The translations under genes were made by a program, and so were the position numbers. From positions 10,600-74,599 of the forward strand of contig JAHISJ010000023.1 of NCBI GenBank assembly GCA_018818205.1: DNA of 64,000 nt, written 5' to 3'. The notes under the pieces are model-generated. The model saw nothing but the letters and a program-made list of their open reading frames with translations. It was not told the origin of the DNA and searched no databases. The DNA comes from Patescibacteria group bacterium (GTDB lineage Bacteria > Patescibacteriota > JABMPQ01 > JAHIRA01). How positions within the stretch are numbered: position 1 is the stretch's first letter; every line of letters begins with the position of its first letter. Of the stretch, positions 35,872 through 45,167 are shown in pieces.

Positions 35872-36549
35872 GTGGGACAAAAAGTTAATCCAATAAGTTT
35901 CAGATTAGGTGTACTCAAGGACTGGAGATCAAAGTGGTTTGCGCCAAAGCGAAACTACAGACATCTTCTCAAAAGAGATATTGAGCTCAGGTCTTTTCTA
36001 CGCAAAAGGCTAAAAAATGCTGCTGTGTCTCGTATTGACATTGAGCGGTCTCCCCGCGTGGTATCTATTATTATCTATTCCTCACGTCCCGGTATAATTA
36101 TTGGTAGAGGGGGGTCAGGAATTGAAGAATTAAAAAAGGAAATTTTCACTATTATTCAAGAGAATATTAAGATCGATATTAATATTAAAGAAATAAGACG
36201 TCCAGAGACAGATGCAGCTATTGTTGGATTCCTCATTGCTGAACAGATTGAAAAGCGTATTCCGTTCAGGCGAGTTATTAAGCAGTCACTCGACAGGATT
36301 CAGCAGAACAAAGAGATCCAAGGTGCGCGTATTATGGTTGCAGGTAGACTCGACGGTTCAGAAATGTCCAGACGAGAATGGGTCAGCTTTGGTAAAATTC
36401 CGCTTCATACAATTCGAGCAGATATTGATTTTTCTCAGACTCTTGCACACACTACGTATGGCGTGATTGGTATTAAAGTATGGCTTTATAAAGGTGAAAT
36501 TTTTGAAGAAAAGAAGGCTAAAGAAGAAGTTAAGAATGATAAGGAATAG
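35872..36549 (+). CDS. rpsC: 30S ribosomal protein S3 (GTG start)
   Basis: GQKVNPISFRLGVLKDWRSKWFA (KH domain), IIIGRGGSGIEELKKE. Confidence 0.9.
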   Translation: MGQKVNPISFRLGVLKDWRSKWFAPKRNYRHLLKRDIELRSFLRKRLKNAAVSRIDIERSPRVVSIIIYSSRPGIIIGRGGSGIEELKKEIFTIIQENIKIDINIKEIRRPETDAAIVGFLIAEQIEKRIPFRRVIKQSLDRIQQNKEIQGARIMVAGRLDGSEMSRREWVSFGKIPLHTIRADIDFSQTLAHTTYGVIGIKVWLYKGEIFEEKKAKEEVKNDKE

Positions 36550-36558
36550 GATACGCAT

Positions 36559-36972
36559 ATGTTGATGCCAAAGAAGGTAAAACACAGAAAGTGGCAAAAG
36601 GGACGCAATAAATTGCGCAACGTTTCTAAAAGTGGAAACGAGCTTGCTTTTGGTACCTATGCTCTTAAATCTTTGGAAAGTAAATGGATTACCTCACGTC
36701 AGATAGAAGCATCAAGGCGTGCTATGACCAGATTTGTGCAACGCGGCGGTAAGATATGGATCCGTATTTTTCCAGACAAGCCTGTGACTCAAAAAGGCGC
36801 AGAAATGCCTATGGGTAAAGGAAAGGGCGCAGTAGACCATTTTGTATTTAATTGTAGACCAGGAAGAATAATTTTTGAAATTGACGGTGTCCCAAGAGAT
36901 GTTGCTGAAGAAGCAATGCAACTTGCAGCACACAAACTTCCGGTCAAGACTAAGTTTATAGAGAAGCAATAA
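36559..36972 (+). CDS. rplP: 50S ribosomal protein L16
   Basis: [15 protein letters not shown].., [31 protein letters not shown]. Confidence 0.9.
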   Translation: MLMPKKVKHRKWQKGRNKLRNVSKSGNELAFGTYALKSLESKWITSRQIEASRRAMTRFVQRGGKIWIRIFPDKPVTQKGAEMPMGKGKGAVDHFVFNCRPGRIIFEIDGVPRDVAEEAMQLAAHKLPVKTKFIEKQ

Positions 36973-37190
36973 TGAAGCTTAAGGAAATTAGAGCAAAGTC
37001 AGTAAGTGATTTGCAGAAACTCTTAGCAGAAAAAAGAGAAACGCTAAGAGATATTCGTTTTAAGGTGTCTCAAAACCAGCATAAGAATTACAATGAGCTG
37101 GGAGTGCTTAAAAGTGATATCGCACAGATTTTAACAGTAATGAAAGAAATGAAGCTTGTAGATGAACTATCTAATAAGGATTCTAAATAG
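36972..37190 (+). CDS. rpmC: 50S ribosomal protein L29
   Basis: [36 protein letters not shown]; ATGA overlap with rplP. Confidence 0.85.
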   Translation: MKLKEIRAKSVSDLQKLLAEKRETLRDIRFKVSQNQHKNYNELGVLKSDIAQILTVMKEMKLVDELSNKDSK

Positions 37191-37192
37191 AG

Positions 37193-37465
37193 ATGAGCAT
37201 GCATAAGTCTACAGAAAAGGTGATAAAAAAACGAATTACCGGTGAGGTTATTAGTGACGGTATGGATAAGACTATTGTTGTTGCAGTAAAAACGTTAAAG
37301 ACCCATCCGCTTTACAAGAAGCGCTACAGATCAACCAGGAAGTACAAGGCTCATGATCCAAAGAATACGTGTAAGGTAGGTGACACAGTAACTATGGTTC
37401 ACTGTCGTCCACTTTCTGCAGAAAAAAGATGGCGTGTAGAATATGATAATAAGGCTAATAAGTAA
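37193..37465 (+). CDS. rpsQ: 30S ribosomal protein S17
   Basis: [43 protein letters not shown]. Confidence 0.85.
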   Translation: MSMHKSTEKVIKKRITGEVISDGMDKTIVVAVKTLKTHPLYKKRYRSTRKYKAHDPKNTCKVGDTVTMVHCRPLSAEKRWRVEYDNKANK

Positions 37466-37467
37466 TC

Positions 37468-37833
37468 ATGATTAGAGAAGAAACAGTTCTCCAAGTTGCA
37501 GACAACTCAGGCGCCAAGAGGGTGCGCTGTATTAAGGTGCTCGGTCCCACGAAAAAAAAGATTGCTCAAATTGGTGATGTTATTACTGTTGTTGTTGCAG
37601 AAGCAGTTCCAGGTGGAGCTTTAAAGAAAAAATCAGTAGAAAAGGCGGTTATTGTGAGGCAAAGAAAAGAGTTTGGTAGAAAAGACGGTTCATTTATTAG
37701 ATTCGATGAGAACGCAGTTGTTATGTTAGATGGAACCGAACCAAGAGGAACTCGTATTTTTGGGCCAGTTGCACGGGAGCTGAGAGCTCGGGGGTATCAA
37801 AAAATCATTTCTCTAGCTCCGGAGGTCATATAG
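37468..37833 (+). CDS. rplN: 50S ribosomal protein L14
   Basis: [26 protein letters not shown].., [23 protein letters not shown]. Confidence 0.95.
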   Translation: MIREETVLQVADNSGAKRVRCIKVLGPTKKKIAQIGDVITVVVAEAVPGGALKKKSVEKAVIVRQRKEFGRKDGSFIRFDENAVVMLDGTEPRGTRIFGPVARELRARGYQKIISLAPEVI

Positions 37834-37843
37834 AAGTAACCAT

Positions 37844-38167
37844 ATGAAGAAGATGAGAATTAAAAAGAATGATCACGTTTTAGTAATTGCAGGTAAAAAC
37901 CGCGGTAAAAAAGGAAAGGTACTTGAAGTACTTCCAGAAAAAAACCGTATTGTTGTTGATAAAGTAAACAAGTCATTCAGAAATGTACGTCCAAAGAAAG
38001 AGGGAGAAAAGGGACAACGCATTGAGTATTTTGCGCCCCTGCATGTATCAAACGTTATGATCATTGATCCCAAGTCAAATAAGCAGACACGAATTGGAAT
38101 TAAGAAGCTTGAAAATGGTGAGAAGGTGCGCGTAAGTAAGAAAACTGGTGAAAATTTAGATAAATAG
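37844..38167 (+). CDS. rplX: 50S ribosomal protein L24
   Basis: MRIKKNDHVLVIAGKNRGKKGKVLEVLPEKNRIVVDKVN (KOW motif). Confidence 0.85.
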   Translation: MKKMRIKKNDHVLVIAGKNRGKKGKVLEVLPEKNRIVVDKVNKSFRNVRPKKEGEKGQRIEYFAPLHVSNVMIIDPKSNKQTRIGIKKLENGEKVRVSKKTGENLDK

Positions 38168-38168
38168 T

Positions 38169-38720
38169 ATGTCAAGACTTAGAAAACAATACAATAAAAC
38201 GGTCGTTAAGGATCTTCAAAAGGAACTATCTATTGCAAATGTGATGTCAGTTCCAAAAATTGAGAAGGTCGTTGTTACTATTGGTACCGGAAAAGCCTTG
38301 AAAGATGCAAAGTTTCTTGATACGATGATTGAAAATTTACGGCGCATTACTGGTCTTCAGCCGGTGAAGACACGTGCAAAAGAATCTATTTCAAATTTTG
38401 GTATTAGAGAAGGAATGACAGTAGGACTTCAAGTAACACTGAGAAAAGAAAAGATGTATGATTTTGTTGATAAGCTTGTTAATATTACCCTTCCTCGCGT
38501 ACGTGATTTTCAGGGTCTAAGCACTTCCTCATTTGATGGTAAGGGCAGCTACACAATTGGTTTTAAAGAGCATGTAGTGTTTCCGGAAATCAAAAGCAGT
38601 GATGTAGCACGTATTCATGGACTTGGCGTGACGATTTCGACAACAGCTTCTTCAAAGGAAGAAACGTATGCACTTCTAAAGGCACTCGGTTTCCCATTTA
38701 AGAAAGAGGATAGAGAATAG
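38169..38720 (+). CDS. rplE: 50S ribosomal protein L5
   Basis: PKIEKVVVTIGTG.., GIREGMTVGLQVTLRKEKMYDFVDKLVNITLPRVRDFQGL. Confidence 0.9.
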   Translation: MSRLRKQYNKTVVKDLQKELSIANVMSVPKIEKVVVTIGTGKALKDAKFLDTMIENLRRITGLQPVKTRAKESISNFGIREGMTVGLQVTLRKEKMYDFVDKLVNITLPRVRDFQGLSTSSFDGKGSYTIGFKEHVVFPEIKSSDVARIHGLGVTISTTASSKEETYALLKALGFPFKKEDRE

Positions 38721-38732
38721 ATATTAAATTTT

Positions 38733-38918
38733 ATGGCAAGAAAAGCACTTATTGCAAAAGCTAAGAAAACTCCAAAATACTCAACACGCATCGTGAGACG
38801 TTGTTCAGTGTGCGGTAGATCTCGTGCGTATATGAGACGTTTTGGTTTATGCCGGATCTGTTTTAGAGAGCTTGCAAGCAAGGGTGAAGTTCCTGGCGTA
38901 AGAAAATCAAGTTGGTAA
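38733..38918 (+). CDS. rpsN: 30S ribosomal protein S14, Zn-ribbon type Z (61 aa)
   Basis: [38 protein letters not shown] (C-x2-C...C-x2-C). Confidence 0.85.
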   Translation: MARKALIAKAKKTPKYSTRIVRRCSVCGRSRAYMRRFGLCRICFRELASKGEVPGVRKSSW

Positions 38919-38940
38919 ATCACACTATTAATTTTTCATT

Positions 38941-39339
38941 ATGACCGATCCAATCGCTGACATGCTTACAAGAATTCGAAACGCTCAACTCACAAGGAAG
39001 AACGAGGTTTGCATGCCTTATTCAAATCTCAAATTTGAGCTAGCAAAAATTCTGGAAAAGGAAGGATATATTTCTAGCGTAAAAAAGAGGAAAGAAAGAG
39101 AGAGCGTTAGGAAGAACATTATTGTGACGCTCAAAAGAGATGAGGACGGAACAGGAGCTATTAAACATATTGCACGGGTTAGTAAGCCTGGCCAAAGGAT
39201 TTATGTAAAAAGTACAGAAATCCAGAAAGTGCTTCAGGGGCTAGGCATTGCTGTTATATCAACGTCTCAGGGTCTTATGACCTCATATGGAGCAAAGGCA
39301 AGAAAGCTTGGGGGAGAAATAATTTGTAACGTTTGGTAA
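38941..39339 (+). CDS. rpsH: 30S ribosomal protein S8
   Basis: MTDPIADMLTRIRNAQLTRKNEV..; ..GIAVISTSQGLMTSYGAKARKLGGEIICNVW. Confidence 0.9.
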   Translation: MTDPIADMLTRIRNAQLTRKNEVCMPYSNLKFELAKILEKEGYISSVKKRKERESVRKNIIVTLKRDEDGTGAIKHIARVSKPGQRIYVKSTEIQKVLQGLGIAVISTSQGLMTSYGAKARKLGGEIICNVW

Positions 39340-39343
39340 TATC

Positions 39344-39880
39344 ATGTCACGATTAGCACGAAAACCATTAGAGATCCCAGAAAATGTCGAAGTTCAAGTA
39401 ACTGACGGCACGGTTTTAGTTAAAGGTCCAAAAGGTGAGCTTAAAGTTGTCCTTGCCCCCGCTGTTACAGTAAAGAGGGAAGAAAACGAACTTCTAGTCT
39501 CTGTTTCTTCCGATGAGGAGCATGCAGTGTGGGGAACAATGTGGTCACTGCTTAGAAATGCACTGATTGGTGTGTCTAAGGGATTTGAGAGAAAACTCGA
39601 GATCAACGGTGTTGGCTATAGAGCACAGGTGCAGGGAAAAAAGATTGTACTAAATCTTGGCTTCTCTCATCCTGTTGAGATTGAAGCTCTCGAGGGAGTA
39701 GAGTTTAAGGTCGAAGATAACATTATTGTGGTAAGTGGTATTGATAAAGAAAAGGTTGGTAGACTAGCTGCAAAGATTAGAGCTCAAAAAAAACCTGAAC
39801 CATACAAGGGTAAAGGGATCAAGTATATTGAAGAGCATGTAAGAAGAAAAGCAGGCAAGAAGGCAGCTGCCGCAGAATAA
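39344..39880 (+). CDS. rplF: 50S ribosomal protein L6
   Basis: MSRLARKPLEIPENVEVQVTDGTVLVKGPKGEL.., PEPYKGKGIKYIEEHVRRKAGK. Confidence 0.9.
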   Translation: MSRLARKPLEIPENVEVQVTDGTVLVKGPKGELKVVLAPAVTVKREENELLVSVSSDEEHAVWGTMWSLLRNALIGVSKGFERKLEINGVGYRAQVQGKKIVLNLGFSHPVEIEALEGVEFKVEDNIIVVSGIDKEKVGRLAAKIRAQKKPEPYKGKGIKYIEEHVRRKAGKKAAAAE

Positions 39881-39893
39881 TTAATATAGATCA

Positions 39894-40241
39894 ATGAAGA
39901 GTAGAGACAAGAGACGTATACATAGGCATAAGCGAGTGCGTGCAAAGGTGTACGGAACAAAAGAAGTTCCGAGGCTTTCAGTATACAAAAGTTTGAATCA
40001 TCTGTACGTTCAAATTATTAACGATGACAAGCAGCAAACACTTCTTGGGCTTTCTGATACAGTGCTTAAGGAAGAATCACTAAAGAAGAGTGAAAAAGCT
40101 GCAAAACTTGGTGAAGAGATAGCTAAGAAAGCCAAAGAAAAGAAGATCACGTCAGTTGTTTTTGATCGTGGTGGCTATGCGTATTTAGGACGCGTGAAAG
40201 CTCTTGCTGACGGTGCAAGAAAAGGCGGTTTACAATTTTAA
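39894..40241 (+). CDS. rplR: 50S ribosomal protein L18
   Basis: RLSVYKSLNHLYVQIINDDKQQTL.., VVFDRGGYAYLGRVKALADGARKGGLQF. Confidence 0.85.
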   Translation: MKSRDKRRIHRHKRVRAKVYGTKEVPRLSVYKSLNHLYVQIINDDKQQTLLGLSDTVLKEESLKKSEKAAKLGEEIAKKAKEKKITSVVFDRGGYAYLGRVKALADGARKGGLQF

Positions 40242-40258
40242 TTAACGAGTAAAAGAAA

Positions 40259-40948
40259 ATGGCAGATAGACGACGAAAATTTAGACGGAAGCCAAAATCT
40301 GAGTTTGATCAGAAGCTTGTTGATATTCGCCGCGTTACCCGCGTTGTCGCAGGTGGTAGACGTATGCGTTTTAGAGTGACCATTGTTCTTGGTGATAAGA
40401 AAAGACGCGTAGGTGCTGGAACTGCAAAGGGTAATGATGTCAGCTCAGCAATCGAAAAGGCAATTAAACAAGCAAAGAAGAACATGGTAACGGTGCCAGT
40501 TACAGAAAATGGCACTATCCCTCACGAGGTAATGGTAGAAGAAGGATCAGCCAGACTCTTTTTGAAGCCGGCGTTTCCTGGAACTGGTATTATTGCCGGT
40601 GGTTCTGTCCGTTCAGTCCTTGAACTCGCGGGTGTACGAAACGTGTTTAGTAAGATTTATGGCACGAACAATAAGCTCAATAATGTTAACGCAACAGTTA
40701 AGGCTCTTTCTGAAATGAGAAGTAAAGAGAAAGTATTTAAACTTAGAGGGAAAGAGTTTAAAGAAAAAACCGATGCTTCTGTAAAAGAAGAAGTAAAGAA
40801 AGTTCCTGAGGAAGAGAAGAAGCAGGTGTTAAAGAAACCATCAACAGTAGAAAAGAAGCCAGCTGTTCAAGGTTCTGTCCTCGACTCCGAGGTCGCTCAG
40901 ACTCGAGGAGAGGAGCCTGCCCCTAAGGCAAAAGATAAGCAGAAATAA
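40259..40948 (+). CDS. rpsE: 30S ribosomal protein S5 with an approximately 60-aa Lys/Glu-rich C-terminal extension
   Basis: VDIRRVTRVVAGGRRMRFRVTIVLGDKKRRVGAGTAKGNDVSSAIEKA.., GTGIIAGGSVRSVLELAGV. Confidence 0.9.
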   Translation: MADRRRKFRRKPKSEFDQKLVDIRRVTRVVAGGRRMRFRVTIVLGDKKRRVGAGTAKGNDVSSAIEKAIKQAKKNMVTVPVTENGTIPHEVMVEEGSARLFLKPAFPGTGIIAGGSVRSVLELAGVRNVFSKIYGTNNKLNNVNATVKALSEMRSKEKVFKLRGKEFKEKTDASVKEEVKKVPEEEKKQVLKKPSTVEKKPAVQGSVLDSEVAQTRGEEPAPKAKDKQK

Positions 40949-40955
40949 GAATACT

Positions 40956-41402
40956 ATGGTTAAGCTTCATTCATTAAAAAAGGATTCAGGTTCTGCTAAA
41001 AAGAGAAAACGTGTTGGGCGTGGTGGCGCTACCGGTACCTTTTGTGGAAAAGGGTGTAAAGGACAAAAAGCTCGTTCAGGCTATTCACGTAGGCGGGGTT
41101 TTGAAGGTGGCAGAACAAGTCTCTCAAAGCAATTACCTAAGCTTAAAGGGTTTAAAAGCTTTAAAAAACAAGCAGTTCCTATTTCTTTAGATATCTTAAG
41201 CAAACAGTATAAAGATGGAGAATTAGTCACATCAACGTCGCTAAAAAAGCACAATCTTATCCCATCAATGAGCACCCCCTGGAAGATATTGAATAGTGGG
41301 GAGATTTCAAAGAAGGTAGTGGTAAAAAATGGACTAGTCTCTAAAGAGGCACAAAAAGCAATAGAGGCTCAAGGAGGAGAGGTAACTCTTTCAAAAAAAT
41401 AA
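40956..41402 (+). CDS. rplO: 50S ribosomal protein L15. No rpmD (L30) lies between rpsE and rplO.
   Basis: MVKLHSLKKDSGSAKKRKRVGRGGATG..GKGCKGQKARSGYSRRRGFEGG. Confidence 0.85.
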   Translation: MVKLHSLKKDSGSAKKRKRVGRGGATGTFCGKGCKGQKARSGYSRRRGFEGGRTSLSKQLPKLKGFKSFKKQAVPISLDILSKQYKDGELVTSTSLKKHNLIPSMSTPWKILNSGEISKKVVVKNGLVSKEAQKAIEAQGGEVTLSKK

Positions 41403-41410
41403 ATCTGCAC

Positions 41411-42049
41411 ATGGACGAGCAATCAGAAAAAGATCTTGGGGAATTAGAAAAAACGTTACAATCAGTAAAAGAAAGCATTATTAAAGTACAGAAAGATGAT
41501 GCTAAAATTAGTGATTGTTTTGTAAGTGCGCAGACCTTTGACAATCAAAAACGGTATATGAGAGACTTGTATGAAGAAGATCCTGATCCAGAAATATTAA
41601 AAAAGGTTGATGAGCTAGAGCAGGCAGCGCAGGAAGAGTATAAAAAAATGTTTTCCGTATATGATAGACTCTCTGACAAGGAAGTGATAGATGACCTTCA
41701 CATGGAGCTTGAGAAGCTCTACGAGGATTACGCAGAAAAAATGAACTATATTGGCGAGGTGTCAGATGATAAACTTATTGCTATCCTTGAAGCTAGGGAT
41801 AGAATAAAAATAGTGTTCGATGAAATGGAGATGTGGCTTGATCGATTCACTGAAGCAGACCAGCGTGCGTATGAACGTAAAAATGAGCTTTTTGAGAAAA
41901 TTAAAAAGCGTGATGACAAGCTTCAGAATGAACTAGTTGTTAAGTCCCAATTCCATCAAAGGATTTACGATACTGCACGGGAAAAACTTATTAAGCCGCC
42001 TAAAGGCTCAGAGCGATTCAACTTCTGGTGGTGGCATATTGGAAGGTAA
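41411..42049 (+). CDS. hypothetical acidic helical protein (212 aa) inserted between rplO and secY
   Basis: ORF with a start 8 nt after the rplO stop. Overlaps the secY start region. Glu/Asp/Lys-rich with no recognised domain. W-rich C-terminus FNFWWWHIGR. Confidence 0.45.
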   Translation: MDEQSEKDLGELEKTLQSVKESIIKVQKDDAKISDCFVSAQTFDNQKRYMRDLYEEDPDPEILKKVDELEQAAQEEYKKMFSVYDRLSDKEVIDDLHMELEKLYEDYAEKMNYIGEVSDDKLIAILEARDRIKIVFDEMEMWLDRFTEADQRAYERKNELFEKIKKRDDKLQNELVVKSQFHQRIYDTAREKLIKPPKGSERFNFWWWHIGR

Positions 42050-42054
42050 TATAC

Positions 42055-43335
42055 GTGTTAGAGAAGATTGTACAGATTTTTAGGATAAAAGAACTAAGAA
42101 ACAAGATATTATTTGTCTTGGCGCTTCTTGGTGTTTTTAGATTACTTGCCACTATTCCAGTTCCTGCCGTGGATCCTGCTGGGCTTAAGAGTCTATTTGA
42201 AAGCAACCAGCTTTTTGGTCTCTTGAATCTCTTTTCCGGTGGTGGCATGGAGAACTTTTCTTTGGTTGCACTTGGTGTTGGACCATATATTACCGCATCG
42301 ATTATTATGCAGCTTTTGACTATGGTAATCCCGAGTTTAGAGCGAATGCAAAAGGAAGAAGGTGAGGAAGGACGACGTAAAATAAATAAGATTACGCGGT
42401 ATTTGACGATCCCCCTTGCATTAATGCAAGGCTATGCAATGATTTCATTTTTACAAAGGTCAGGAGTAAATCTTCTTTCGGATGACTCACTCTGGACAAT
42501 CATTTCAACGGTGATGATTGTAGCTACTGGTACGGTACTTCTTATGTGGATTGGAGAGCTTATTAGTGAAAAGGGTATTGGCAATGGTATTTCGCTTATT
42601 ATCTTTGCGGGTATCGTTTCTGCTATACCTACGGCATTAAAGCAAACAATTGTAAGTTTTGATTCATCAAAAGTAATTGATATAGTCGTCTTTGCTGTTG
42701 TGGCCGTTGTGGTAATTGCAGCTATTGTCTTTATTACAGAGGGGCAGCGCAATATTCCTATCTCGTACGCGCGTCGTGTGCGTGGGAACAGAATGTACGG
42801 AGGTACTGCATCACACTTGCCACTTCGCGTAAATCAAGCAGGTGTTATCCCAATCATCTTTGCTATGTCAATAATGCTTGCTCCGGGGCTTGTAGCGAGT
42901 TTCTTTGTGAATACCCAAAATCAACTTGTTTCAGATATTTCTCAAAACATTGTTGATCTGTTCCAAAATCAGCTCTTTTATGGACTTCTGTATTTTGTAT
43001 TAGTGGTTGCGTTTACCTATTTTTATACTGCGGTTACGTTTGATCCCAAACAGATTGCAGAAAATGTACAAAAAAACGGTGGATTTATCCCGGGTATTAG
43101 ACCAGGAAAGCCCACTGCTGATTATTTACACAAAACACTCAACAGAATTACTTTGACCGGTGCACTCTTCCTTGGTTCTGTTGCTGTGCTACCGTTTGTT
43201 TTAAAATTAGTCATAGATATCCCATCGCTTGTTATTGGTGGCACAGGAATATTAATTGTGGTGAGTGTGGTTATTGAAACGGTCAAACAGGTTGAATCGC
43301 AGCTCGTTATGCGTGATTATGAGTCATTCTATTAA
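42055..43335 (+). CDS. secY: preprotein translocase subunit SecY. Start set at an in-frame GTG 42055; the ORF-track start is ATG 42028.
   Basis: IKELRNKILFVLALLGVFRLLATIPVPAVD.., GIGNGISLIIFAGIVS.., 10 TM segments. Confidence 0.9.
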   Translation: MLEKIVQIFRIKELRNKILFVLALLGVFRLLATIPVPAVDPAGLKSLFESNQLFGLLNLFSGGGMENFSLVALGVGPYITASIIMQLLTMVIPSLERMQKEEGEEGRRKINKITRYLTIPLALMQGYAMISFLQRSGVNLLSDDSLWTIISTVMIVATGTVLLMWIGELISEKGIGNGISLIIFAGIVSAIPTALKQTIVSFDSSKVIDIVVFAVVAVVVIAAIVFITEGQRNIPISYARRVRGNRMYGGTASHLPLRVNQAGVIPIIFAMSIMLAPGLVASFFVNTQNQLVSDISQNIVDLFQNQLFYGLLYFVLVVAFTYFYTAVTFDPKQIAENVQKNGGFIPGIRPGKPTADYLHKTLNRITLTGALFLGSVAVLPFVLKLVIDIPSLVIGGTGILIVVSVVIETVKQVESQLVMRDYESFY

Positions 43336-43341
43336 AGAGGC

Positions 43342-43983
43342 ATGAAACACTACGACGCACTTATCTTTATGGGTATTCAGGGATCTGGCAAAGGGACACA
43401 GGCACGTCTCCTTGCGGATGAATTTGGATATTCTATTTTGGAAGCAGGGAAAATTTTACGTGAAGAAGCAGCAAGTGGCTCTAGTCTCGGAAAGAAAATA
43501 GACGAAATCATTCATGGTAAAGGTGAACTTGTGCCGGATGAAATTACCAAAGAGCTTGTTAAAAATTTTTTAAATGACATCCAGGAGGGCACTCCAGTAA
43601 TTTTTGATGCGTATCCGCGCACTCTTGTACAACTGCATGATCTTGAGGAAATTCTAAAAGAACACAATATAGCAAATTATCGTGTAGTCTACTTCACCCT
43701 TACTGATGATGAAGCTATGAAGCGTTTGTTAAGTCGAAGAGAATGCGAATCGTGTAAAGCACCAACAAGTGATAGTGCTGAGGAAGCATGCAAGAAATGC
43801 GGAGGCACATTAGTTCGAAGAAAAGATGATGAACCTGAAAAGATTCAAAAACGACTCGCATGGAGTCATAAGGAAACACAACCGGTCGTTGATGCATACG
43901 AAGAAAAAGGTGTTCTTATTGTCGTTGATGGCAATGAATCAATTGACCAAGTGTATGAAGAGTTAAAGCAAAAACTTGCCTGA
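43342..43983 (+). CDS. adk: adenylate kinase with a Cys4 zinc LID
   Basis: IFMGIQGSGKGTQA (P-loop), LID CESCKAPTSDSAEEACKKCGG, RKDDEPEKIQKRL. Confidence 0.9.
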   Translation: MKHYDALIFMGIQGSGKGTQARLLADEFGYSILEAGKILREEAASGSSLGKKIDEIIHGKGELVPDEITKELVKNFLNDIQEGTPVIFDAYPRTLVQLHDLEEILKEHNIANYRVVYFTLTDDEAMKRLLSRRECESCKAPTSDSAEEACKKCGGTLVRRKDDEPEKIQKRLAWSHKETQPVVDAYEEKGVLIVVDGNESIDQVYEELKQKLA

Positions 43984-44752
43984 ACCAAAAGAAGCAATGG
44001 CTCACGCAGTACTTAAGACAAAAGAAGAGATACATACGATGCGCGAAGGAGGTAAGCGCCTTTTTTATATATTACAGTGTTTAAAAGAACTTGTTGTGCA
44101 CGGTGAGCGCAGTGGAGCAGTTCTTGATGAAAAAGCGAAAGAGCTTGCAAAAAAGTATGACGGAGCCCCTTCGTTTAAAGGCTATAAAGGGTATCCTGCC
44201 AATCTCTGTGTTTCAGTCAACGATGAGGTGGTGCACGGGGTGCCGCATGACAAGGTCATTAATGAAGGTGATTTGCTCAAGCTTGATTTTGGGTTCTGGT
44301 ATAACGGACTGTGTACTGACAGTGCAGTAACTCTACCTGCCGGTAGATGCTTAAAACGTGATATGAAACTTATTGCCGTAACTGAGAAAGCATTATACGC
44401 TGGAATTAATAAGGCATGGGAGAGGAACCAAATGGGAGATATTGGCTATGCGATTCAATCCTACGTTGAGGGAGAAGGGTTTTCTGTAGTACGAGAACTG
44501 GTTGGGCATGGTGTGGGAAGGGATATCCATGAGCCGCCGCAGATTCCAAATTACGGTTCAAAAAAGCAGGGAATCGCTCTAAAAAAAGGTATGACGCTTG
44601 CGCTTGAACCGATGGTAAATAGTGGAGGATCAAAAGTCTTTTTTGAAGAAGATGGTTGGACCGTTAAGACGGTAGATGGTGGTCACTCTGCTCATTTTGA
44701 ACACACTATTGCAATTACTGAAGGAGGCCCGATTATTTTAACAAAGGAGTAG
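43976..44752 (+). CDS. map: methionine aminopeptidase type I
   Basis: GYKGYPANLCVSVNDEVVHGVP, HGVGRDIHEPPQIPNYG, GMTLALEPMV, HFEHTIAIT (metal-ligand residues). Confidence 0.9.
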   Translation: MPEPKEAMAHAVLKTKEEIHTMREGGKRLFYILQCLKELVVHGERSGAVLDEKAKELAKKYDGAPSFKGYKGYPANLCVSVNDEVVHGVPHDKVINEGDLLKLDFGFWYNGLCTDSAVTLPAGRCLKRDMKLIAVTEKALYAGINKAWERNQMGDIGYAIQSYVEGEGFSVVRELVGHGVGRDIHEPPQIPNYGSKKQGIALKKGMTLALEPMVNSGGSKVFFEEDGWTVKTVDGGHSAHFEHTIAITEGGPIILTKE

Positions 44753-44759
44753 GTATACT

Positions 44760-45155
44760 ATGATTCTAGGAATCGATTACGGAGAAAAAAAGACTGGACT
44801 CGCTGTTTGGTATCCAGAAAATGATATAGTGCTTCCAAGAAAAACTATTCACCACACATCAGACAAGCAGCTTATTTCTTTTCTAAAAAAAACAGTAGAG
44901 GAGGACGATATTCAAGAAATCGTGCTTGGAAAACCTATCGGTCTTTCAGGAAATGAAACCGATCAAACCAGAAAGACACTCGAATTTAAGAAAGAGTTAG
45001 AAAAAAGTATTTCTATTCCAGTACATCTCACCGATGAGCGGTTAAGCACAAAACAAGCTCAAGTTTTTTTTGATGAAAAACAGACTGCAGATGAGGACAG
45101 TCTTGCTGCATGTGTTATACTAGAGACATATATAGACAAAAAAAGTCACCAATAG
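44760..45155 (+). CDS. ruvX: YqgF/RuvX-family putative pre-16S rRNA nuclease / Holliday-junction resolvase-like
   Basis: MILGIDYGEKKTGLAVW.., EIVLGKPIGLSGNETDQTRKTLEFKKEL.., LTDERLST. Confidence 0.75.
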   Translation: MILGIDYGEKKTGLAVWYPENDIVLPRKTIHHTSDKQLISFLKKTVEEDDIQEIVLGKPIGLSGNETDQTRKTLEFKKELEKSISIPVHLTDERLSTKQAQVFFDEKQTADEDSLAACVILETYIDKKSHQ

Positions 45156-45167
45156 TAATGAATTTTT

